From Promethearchaeota archaeon (GTDB lineage Archaea; Asgardarchaeota; Heimdallarchaeia; Hodarchaeales; Hodarchaeaceae): 64,000 nt of DNA. Of this stretch, positions 1-7,900 are shown one piece after another (the stretch's first letter is position 1; every line of letters begins with the position of its first letter). A model generated the notes under the pieces. It saw nothing but the letters and a program-made list of their open reading frames with translations. It made no database searches and was not told the origin of the DNA. The stretch covers positions 6,726 to 70,725 of the forward strand of contig JBHLPQ010000001.1 in assembly GCA_048939265.1 (NCBI GenBank). The letters run 5' to 3'. A program made the translations under genes and the position numbers.

Positions 1-156
1 AAAAATCGAAAGATATTCTCTTGTATGCAGATTAAACAGGTTCATGGATTTTCAATGCCGATACACAATGGATAATAAAAGAAGGGTTAATTAATCCATT
101 TAGCATGAGAAATTTATAATTGATTTTAATTGATGCATACTTAGGAATGGATTCAA

Positions 157-783
157 ATGGCAGCCATTGATATAGTCGATAACTTATTGCACAATCTGGT
201 GTTTTGGAGTTTCCTAATTCTTATTCTAGGTGGTCTCTTGGCAGCATCATGGCTATTGGTGCGATTGGCTGGTGTAAGCTCTGATGATATGTCAGGGATT
301 GTTGATAAATTGTCCTTAGTAGGATTTCCAGTAGGTGTTCTTGCACTTATTACAATAGGGGCTGGATTGCTCTTATGGTCTACAATGGGAGAACCTGGAC
401 CTGAATTTATTGATGAATATCCTGCTTTTGATCTAATTACAATCATTTGTTTGGGAATCCTCAGTCTTGTCTTAATACTTCGACCAATCAAAGATTTCAG
501 AATTGGTGCGTTCATCTCCCTAGCAGTTGGTCTTCTCGGAGCTGGATTATTAATTTTCCTTGGAGCTGAATCAATTCAATTCTTAGCCATTGTATTTGTG
601 ATTATTTTTCTTGCCCTTTATCTCTCAATTAAGTTGATTGAAGACCTTTACCTTCTCGTCGCAGAAGTCTTATCCTCCCCCATAATCTCTATAGCAGTTG
701 GAATTCTTTGTATTATCCAAGGATTACTTCAATTCCTAGGATTTTCAATCGGGGGAATAATAATGTTTTTCCTTGGAGGATAA
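157..783 (+). CDS. Hypothetical polytopic membrane protein (very hydrophobic, Gly/Leu/Ile-rich, about 6 predicted TM helices)
   Basis: The 208-aa ORF is almost entirely hydrophobic. The antisense ORF 153..515 has a low-complexity, basic, atypical composition, so I prefer the + strand. Confidence 0.5.
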   Translation: MAAIDIVDNLLHNLVFWSFLILILGGLLAASWLLVRLAGVSSDDMSGIVDKLSLVGFPVGVLALITIGAGLLLWSTMGEPGPEFIDEYPAFDLITIICLGILSLVLILRPIKDFRIGAFISLAVGLLGAGLLIFLGAESIQFLAIVFVIIFLALYLSIKLIEDLYLLVAEVLSSPIISIAVGILCIIQGLLQFLGFSIGGIIMFFLGG

Positions 784-789
784 GAGAGT

Positions 790-1410
790 TTAACTTTGAA
801 TTTCCAAGCGAACAGGATTCTTTGATATCATCTCAGCAATCTGTTTCAGCTGATCTAGGGGAAATCTAAGCAATTTTGGATCTCCCCGTAACGTGATCTT
901 TAATTCAATATCACCCTCTGGGGGGGCAAAGATCTGATCAATTTCCAGAATATCCAGTGGAGCAAAGAAATCAGCAAAAGTTTTTCGTGTGTCAGATTTT
1001 CTCTCAATAATTTCAATGGGTTTTCTGATTTCAGTTTCGATAAATTGTCTAACTTCATCATTTTCCAGAATATTATACCCATTCCGTGTTAAAAGCACAA
1101 TAGATCCATTCAATTGCTGTGCACGATCCAAGGTCACATTCTGAAGTTGTTTCGGAAATCGTTGTTCAGCTTTAGCGAAAGCAATTGAAACATCAACGTC
1201 GAGTTGTGTGATTTTCTTTTTTCGAAGTTTTTGTTTGCATTTTTTACATAATACTCCGGTTTTCGCACAAAAGTTACAAATAGGGGTTATAACCACGTAT
1301 TTGGCCTCATCGTTTCTATATTTTTTTTCCCAATCCTTAAGTAATCTTAGATTATTTAAATAATTTCTCCTAATAAAAGCAGATTTTATATTATGAAGCT
1401 CATAGAACAC
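790..1410 (-). CDS. Putative nucleic-acid-binding protein with an N-terminal C4 zinc ribbon (CNFC..x6..CKKC) and a KH-like C-terminal region
   Basis: A Cys-x2-Cys-x8-Cys-x2-Cys motif followed by a basic stretch. Downstream composition is reminiscent of archaeal KH/NusA-like RNA-binding proteins. It overlaps the argF stop by 11 nt, an operon-like arrangement. Confidence 0.35.
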   Translation of the reverse strand: MFYELHNIKSAFIRRNYLNNLRLLKDWEKKYRNDEAKYVVITPICNFCAKTGVLCKKCKQKLRKKKITQLDVDVSIAFAKAEQRFPKQLQNVTLDRAQQLNGSIVLLTRNGYNILENDEVRQFIETEIRKPIEIIERKSDTRKTFADFFAPLDILEIDQIFAPPEGDIELKITLRGDPKLLRFPLDQLKQIAEMISKNPVRLEIQS

Positions 1411-2326
1411 TCTTCAATACTGCAGCTACGGTATGTAATCGATTCTCAGCCTCATCGAAAACAACAGAATGCTCACCATAAATTATGTCATCTGTAACTT
1501 CTTCTTCGTGCCGAGGAAGGCAATGCAAAAAGATAAAATCTTTATCAGAGTGCTGAACTAGCTGATTATTAACTTGAAACCCACTAAATTTTCTTAGTTT
1601 CTCTTGTTTTTCTGCTTCCTGACCCATGGAAATAAAAGTGTCTGTTACTACCACATTTGCATCTGTTGCTGCAGCAATAGGGTCGGAAGTCAATTTAATT
1701 TGTTCTGACGATAACGAGCTATTTTTACAGTACTTTAAAACACTAGGATTCGGCTCATATCCTTCAGGTGTTGCTATATACATATTCATTCCCATTTTAA
1801 CGGAAGAAATCATTAAAGAATGACATACATTATTTCCATCTCCAATCCACGCGATATTTACCCCTTTTAGTTTCCCAAGATGCTCTTCAATCGTCATAAT
1901 GTCTGCTAAACCTTGAAGAGGATGAAATAGATCAGAGAGCGCGTTGATTACAGGTATACCCGAGTGTTCTGCTAGAGTTTCTACATCATTATGGTCAAAG
2001 ACCCGAGCAAGAATTCCAGATACCATTCGACCTAAAACTTTTGCTGTATCATACAACGATTCGTTTACTCCTAGTTGAATGTCGTCCTTTCCTAAAAACA
2101 AGGCATGGCCCCCTAGCTCGACCATTGCTGTCTCTGTTGACACACGAGTCCTAGTAGATCGTTTTTGAAAGATCATTCCCAAGGTTTTTCCTTTCAAGGG
2201 TTGATCCCTCACATATTGGGGCCTATTGGCTTTAAATTTCAAAGCTTCATCTAGAAAAAACCGGATTTCTTCAGTTGAAAGATCTTTAAGTGTTAGTAAG
2301 GACCTTCCTTTCATATTTATCGTCAT
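1400..2326 (-). CDS. argF: Ornithine carbamoyltransferase
   Basis: STRTR carbamoyl-phosphate binding motif near the N-terminus, HCLP motif (FLHCLPRHEEEVTDD) and a length of about 308 aa, typical of OTCase. Confidence 0.9.
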   Translation of the reverse strand: MTINMKGRSLLTLKDLSTEEIRFFLDEALKFKANRPQYVRDQPLKGKTLGMIFQKRSTRTRVSTETAMVELGGHALFLGKDDIQLGVNESLYDTAKVLGRMVSGILARVFDHNDVETLAEHSGIPVINALSDLFHPLQGLADIMTIEEHLGKLKGVNIAWIGDGNNVCHSLMISSVKMGMNMYIATPEGYEPNPSVLKYCKNSSLSSEQIKLTSDPIAAATDANVVVTDTFISMGQEAEKQEKLRKFSGFQVNNQLVQHSDKDFIFLHCLPRHEEEVTDDIIYGEHSVVFDEAENRLHTVAAVLKSVL

Positions 2327-2354
2327 GATTTATCACCCTAAACTGATTTGTGAC

Positions 2355-2648
2355 CTATTCAAAAGCTCCTCCATGAATGACTGGAATAAAAGCTATTGTG
2401 TCTTCATTTTTCACCGTTGTGTTCATACCATTTAATACAGAAATTTCTTGTTGATTAATGAAAATTAAAAGAGATCGTTTCGTCTCTAAAGACTCAGAAA
2501 AGAAACTTTTCAGTTCTTTGAATTTTGGATCTTTTATCAGCTCTGATACAATTTCTCGTAGAGATATCTCTGAAGAAATTTGGTAAGATAAGGATTGCTG
2601 TTTTAAGTCATATTGTAAAGATCCTAAGAATAGGAGGCGTGCGATCAT
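2355..2648 (-). CDS. MoaD/ThiS-family ubiquitin-like small protein with a 3-residue tail (AFE) after the Gly-Gly
   Basis: The C-terminal region ...ISVLNGMNTTVKNEDTIAFIPVIHGG-AFE matches the MoaD/ThiS beta-grasp consensus (VNG...L.DGDEVAIIPPVSGG). The N-terminal FLGSL..L resembles MoaD FFARLRELLG. Confidence 0.6.
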   Translation of the reverse strand: MIARLLFLGSLQYDLKQQSLSYQISSEISLREIVSELIKDPKFKELKSFFSESLETKRSLLIFINQQEISVLNGMNTTVKNEDTIAFIPVIHGGAFE

Positions 2649-2676
2649 GGGAACATCAGTTTCATTACTTGGAGGA

Positions 2677-2778
2677 TGCGCCGACCGGGAGTTTCAGTAA
2701 TGCTCTAATTAAGATTACATTTGAACCCGGGTCACCAGCTTGGGAGGCTGGAGTCCTACCAAACTAGACTATCGGCGC
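2677..2778 (-). tRNA. tRNA-Gly(CCC) containing a ~29-nt non-canonical intron in the T-loop (between positions 59/60 and 61). No encoded CCA.
   Basis: Manual fold of the minus strand: acceptor GCGCCGA/UCGGCGC, D-arm GUC..GAC with GG, anticodon stem CCAGC/GCUGG with loop CUCCCAA (U33, anticodon CCC, A37), T-stem CCGGG + loop UUCAAAU, then an inserted GUAAUCUUAAUUAGAGCAUUACUGAAACU before the 3' T-stem strand CCCGG. The intron can form a GUAAU/AUUAC helix. Confidence 0.7.
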
Positions 2779-2790
2779 ATGATAATTGGC

Positions 2791-2821
2791 TATTTAAACA
2801 ATTTTTAGTGTGAATTTAAAT
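2791..2821 (-). promoter_or_regulatory. Candidate archaeal TATA/BRE region upstream of tRNA-Gly (TTTAAATA and ATTTAAAT motifs)
   Basis: AT-rich box-A-like motifs 13-43 nt upstream of the tRNA 5' end on the transcribed strand. The spacing of the nearer one is too short for a TSS outside the tRNA, so the distal one is more likely. Confidence 0.3.
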
Positions 2822-2866
2822 GAAATGTCCTGCAACGTGGAAAAAATAAAATCAAAAACATAATCT

Positions 2867-3610
2867 TTAACGAAACACGTCAGTTTGACGATCCCTAATC
2901 AAAATTGTAGTAGAAATATCATCTTCTTCATATTCCACTCCCCGTACAATAATAACTGGTGTTCCCTCGTCAGATTGCCCCATCACAAGACCTGCTGCCG
3001 CAGCTACTTCATCCGCTTTAGCAACAACAGTTGATTTTAATTCATATCCAAAAAGATCTTTTCGTCCCCTTAAATCGTCAATAGGATTAATTCCTGCAAC
3101 TCCAATGGCAACGTTGACCGTACCTGCTCTGAGAGGGCGACCAAAGGTATCAGAAATAATAACAGCAACATTTATCCCTAATTCTTTGAATATTCGGTCT
3201 CTTATCCGTTTTGCTGATAAATCAGGATCATTAGGAAGACCAATAACAGTTTCACCTGGAGTGTTGGATTTATCTACGCCACTATTAGCACAAATAAAGC
3301 CGTGTTTAGTCGCAGTTATCAGGACATGCTCATTCATACGAATGATCTCACTACTCTCTTGAAGAATGACCTCAATTTTTCTTGGATCCTTATCTTGAAG
3401 CTCCGCAACAGATAACGCGAAGGAACTTGGATTAATTTCAGCAAGGTTGTATACTTTATTCTCCGCTTTGGAAACAATGGTATGAGCAATGACAAGGATA
3501 TCGTCATTTTCCAATGTAATTTTCCGTAATTCTGTAACCAAGATACTCTCGAGATCATCTCCTGGATTAATAAGAGGAAAGTCTCGAAGAGGAAAAATTG
3601 TGACTAACAT
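2867..3610 (-). CDS. cofE: CofE-family protein (coenzyme F420-0:gamma-glutamyl ligase-like)
   Basis: N-terminal PLINPGDDLESIL, ICANSGVDKSN, ISDTFGRPLRAGTVNVAIG and GQSDEGTPVIIVRG blocks match remembered CofE signatures. Length of about 247 aa fits. Confidence 0.7.
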   Translation of the reverse strand: MLVTIFPLRDFPLINPGDDLESILVTELRKITLENDDILVIAHTIVSKAENKVYNLAEINPSSFALSVAELQDKDPRKIEVILQESSEIIRMNEHVLITATKHGFICANSGVDKSNTPGETVIGLPNDPDLSAKRIRDRIFKELGINVAVIISDTFGRPLRAGTVNVAIGVAGINPIDDLRGRKDLFGYELKSTVVAKADEVAAAAGLVMGQSDEGTPVIIVRGVEYEEDDISTTILIRDRQTDVFR

Positions 3611-3753
3611 CGACTTTAAAATCCTAAAAAGAGTATTTAAGCCTCAGACCGCTCATCGTTCATCATTAATAACTTCTGTTCCCTAAGCTGTCATCATTGG
3701 CAGGACTGATATTAAATTAAATCTCAGATTAATATATATTTGTAGCTTACAAA

Positions 3754-4518
3754 CTAAATTCCAAACTCTGAGGGGCGAGTTTTTACCTGTTCTGTTAGAT
3801 CTTGTAACAATCGTCGTACTTTCTCGGTTTGCGTAGTATTCCCCACTTTGTGGTATTTTTCGTGAGCTTTTGCAAGGAGATCGATTACTTCCTTAACATT
3901 TTCTCGGGCACTTATTAATGCTCTTGCTCGTTGATATAGTGCATGGGCCTCATATCGTGTTGGATCTTCTCGTCCTAATTTGAACTCCTCGACTGCTTTC
4001 TCCAAATAATATGCCTTATCAAAATTTGAATCCATCGCTGCTGCTCTTTGTACAAATGAGCGAGCCCGAGCTCGGGCTGCTTCCATTTCTAGACCCGTTG
4101 TTTGATAAAGAGCAGCTGCAGATTCATATAAACGTGCTGATTCGATAAATTCCCCTTCTTTGGCTTTAACTTTAGCAAATTCTCCTTGAGTTTGAGCTTG
4201 AATGGTTCTAGCTTGTTTTGCTTCTTCAGAAAACCCCTCTGTTGAGAATTTAACATTCGCTTTTCCAAAACATCGGATTGCATCTAGAAGATTCATATCA
4301 AGCATATTTATGTAACCCTTGGCACAAAATTGATACGCTTCAGCTCTCTGACTGAGTTTCTTCTGATCTCCACCTTTGAATAACTTTGAGGCCTTTTTAA
4401 AACTCTCTAAAGCCTCGTCATAGCGCTGAGTTTCATAAAAAACTATTCCTTGATCGAATTCCTCTTGTGCTTTTTTGGTTTTACTTCCTTTGAATAATGG
4501 TATACCCGTCAACTCCAT
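3754..4518 (-). CDS. Hypothetical all-alpha, TPR-like/helical repeat protein
   Basis: 254 aa, Ala/Lys/Glu-rich with repeated amphipathic helices (EALESFKKASKLF, KAYYLEKAVEEFK, YEAHALYQRARAL). No catalytic motif recognised. Confidence 0.4.
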   Translation of the reverse strand: MELTGIPLFKGSKTKKAQEEFDQGIVFYETQRYDEALESFKKASKLFKGGDQKKLSQRAEAYQFCAKGYINMLDMNLLDAIRCFGKANVKFSTEGFSEEAKQARTIQAQTQGEFAKVKAKEGEFIESARLYESAAALYQTTGLEMEAARARARSFVQRAAAMDSNFDKAYYLEKAVEEFKLGREDPTRYEAHALYQRARALISARENVKEVIDLLAKAHEKYHKVGNTTQTEKVRRLLQDLTEQVKTRPSEFGI

Positions 4519-4987
4519 GATCCTATATTTTCTAAACCCCTGAGATTTGTTAAATACCTTTTTATTTCCAGCTTTGTAAGATTATCGTTGGTCAAAAATT
4601 TTTTCTAAGATCGAAGGCTAGGAGGAATATGTTTCATTCCAAGGAGAATCTTTGAATCATAATTTTCAATGATAAAATGTCATGATTGATGCCTATACGT
4701 CTCCTAGATAATTCGTTTTGATGACTATTTCTGGAAGGATGCTTCAATTCGAACAACTTTCAGTAATAATTACTATAGAAATAGTGCTTGAAAAACCTCG
4801 ATGCTGATAAAAAACAAGATCACTATCTAATTAGTCATATGAAATAAAAAGGGGTTTTCTTTAAAAAAGATAATTTATTCTATTCATTCGATATGGATAG
4901 ATAAATAAAGAAAGGTAAATATTCAAGAAGTTAAGAAATACTTTCTCGCATCGCTCTCCAACTTTTAAAATAAACAGGAACTACTCC

Positions 4988-7900
4988 ATGAAAATTATAA
5001 CAGAGGATCCTCTTTTTGGTGGAATAAAAGTGAAAAGAATACAAAACAATAAAATCTTCTTCCTCTTCATAGTATTATTATTTACCTATTCAGCTCAGGG
5101 ATTCATTCAGTTTTTTCAAACTGAGTCTATAGATTCCCACTCTTCTTCATTAGGTAATAGACAAGTCCCACCCCTTCAGGAAAATGGTCTTTCATCCTCC
5201 TCTTCTCCACGTACTGGGATCATTCCACCTTCAGGCTCTCGTCACTCTCCTCGGGCTGGTGTAAACGAAATAGTTGATGGAGGGTTTGTTTATTTTCCTG
5301 GTGACACGATTCACATCAGAAATCGGTTTAATATTCCTAACTATGATTTTGCAATATTATCTCAAAGGATTGATATTTATCTATTCAATAGTAGTGATAC
5401 TCCCGAAAATGTCTCAACCCACTTCGTCAAGTCAGATTATACTAATGGTTCGAGACCCGCCGAAGAACCCTCAATTTCGGATGATCCTCAACTTGGCTGG
5501 CTTGATACCACATTTCAAATTCCCACTTGGACAGAATTAAATGCTATGGGTATCGATGCTGATGATAATGTAACAATTTACCAATTCTATCCCTCATACA
5601 ATGTAACTTCTGAAATCTCTGGATGCCCACCTTTTAATCGAACTGATTCTTTTATCATTAGTGGCTATGCCATGTTTTCTGTTGATGCTCCTGGTTTGGT
5701 GAATCCTATTAGTGGGGACAATAGCTTTCGGCAGGGAGAAAATGCCACCGCTTCATTAACCGCAATTTCAGGGGTAGATCCTGTACCAGACGTAGCAGTT
5801 GACTGTTCCCTCTATTTCAGTAATGATATAGAAATTCTAAATGGAACCAATGGGTTCAACTATTATCTTCAAGATTCGTTGGGAAATCCATCAACTACAA
5901 CAGATTCGAATGGTAAGATCTACTTATTCGTGAATACAACCTATCCTACCACGTCTGAGAATGATTATTATTGTAATGTTACAGCCAATTTCGATGGAAC
6001 TGGTTTTTACACTAGTAATTACGTTCCTGGCAATCCAAGCACTAATACAGAGACAGCCTCGGTTGATTTCACGATTGATAATCAGGAAGACATCGTATCT
6101 ATTGATTTTATATCTGCCATTGGCGATACATCTGGTTGGCCAAAAGGGGAGAATGATTCCTGGCCCCTGAATCCCCCACTTGAAAACATCACGATTGTGA
6201 CATTTAGAGTTCAAGCTACTACCTCGTATAATGGGACCTCAACTCCCTATATCCTTGAGGGCATTCCTGTTAACGTAACTTTAGATTTCGGGGGTGGTTG
6301 GCCAGCAGGGGTAACCCTCAGTGCTGTCCCAGGATTTTCGTATAATGGTAGCTGGGCTTTCACTAATAGTGCTGGACTTGTCCAATTTAATATCACTGCG
6401 ATATATCCTACTTATTATGGTCAAAAAACCCCAACTATTATTGCGAGGGCAAATTTGCAGAATAATTCAGCTTTATCCTACCCCTATTCTTCTGTTTTAT
6501 TGCCCCATCGTTTTCTGACTTCTGCGACTGGTGTTAATGCTACCACTTCCAAAGTGATCAGTATTGACCATGATTTTTGGATTGGAGAGATTTCCTCTTC
6601 GCTAAACGACACTAGTATCCGACCAGGAGAAGGAGCGAGACTAGCGACGCAAATCTATGCTTATGGGGATTATTACGATGACCAATACCATCAGTCAATC
6701 TCTCCAATTGGCACCCTTCCTGTGAAAATTGAATTAATCCAACAGATTCCTGGCGTTAGTATTATTAATACGAATCCTGTTGCTCCGAATCCGGGCTACC
6801 ACTATACGGATATAAATGGCTGGATATATGTGGATATTAGCACAACCTTTGGGGTCACTCCTGAATACTATCTCAACCTGGGAATTAAAATAACGGTCGA
6901 TTTTGAAAATGATTCAAATCCCCGCTTGATTGGTCCGTATCATGCTGGTTATGATACTTTTGCAGAATTCGACAAAACATGGAATACAATCCAGAGAAAT
7001 CTTGACATTGATGCTAATTATATACTTTGTAACATCTACACAAGAGATCTTATTGAGAACGGAATATCCTACCCTTCTTCTAGCACAGAAGCAAAAATCC
7101 TCCGTCCAGGTGACGTCTTGGATGTTTATTTTGAGGTCGAAGAGGTCATAGAGGCTATTTCTTTAGGGAGTATTCCTGTAAACGTCTCACTGAGTGTCTC
7201 TGATCCAGAGGTCTCAATAGGATTCATTTATTCTGATGGTGAAGCAAGACCGAACTACCATAAAACAAGAAGTGATGGATATATAGCGATTCGTGTCACC
7301 ACTACCAGTAGTCTAAAACCTCAAGTAATTCAACTCAAAGCAATAGCCGATTTTGCCAATGACTCTTTGCCCTGGCATGTAGGCCCGAAAAATTACACTC
7401 AATTCATTGGGAATAGCTCATATTCTGAGATCATTTTTGACATTACTATTAATCCTCAATATTTTACGGGCAGTATTTATAGGCCTAATCCATCTATAAA
7501 TCCGAATGCCTCGTTAGTCGTTCAAGGCGAAACCTTTGAAATCAGATTTGATTTAAGGCTCACTTTTCACAATACTGGAGAAATTCTTCCCCTGGCCAAT
7601 GCTCTCATTGACGGAATCTCCATTACTCTCCTAGTAAACGGTACAACGAACTACGGCCTTTATAAGATGCGAGTGCTAAATGAGACTCTTTTAGAAGCCT
7701 CCAGTCAAAACACTGTTGATAGCACAGTAATTTTTTATGTCCAAACAAATGTTTCAGGGTCCACTGTAGAAGATACATACAATATCTCTGCTAGCGCTAA
7801 TTTTGGAGCTGCTAAGGGATGGATTTATAATATTACTCATCCGTCGGTACCTACAGGGGAATTGTCAGGAGACTGGGTCAATGGTTCCTCCGCAGCTGAT

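Noticed and set aside
153-515. 120-aa minus-strand ORF overlapping the 157..783 membrane-protein ORF
   Set aside because: Its composition is low-complexity and Pro/Ser/Arg-rich, typical of antisense shadow ORFs of hydrophobic genes. The + strand membrane protein is more plausible.
2525-2767. 80-aa + strand ORF
   Set aside because: It lies antisense over the tRNA-Gly gene and the 5' end of the MoaD-like gene. No coding signature.
2791-2798. TTTAAATA as the tRNA-Gly TATA box
   Set aside because: It is only 13-20 nt upstream of the mature 5' end, which would put the TSS inside the tRNA. The more distal ATTTAAAT (2814..2821) is the likelier TATA, so only a low-confidence promoter region is given.
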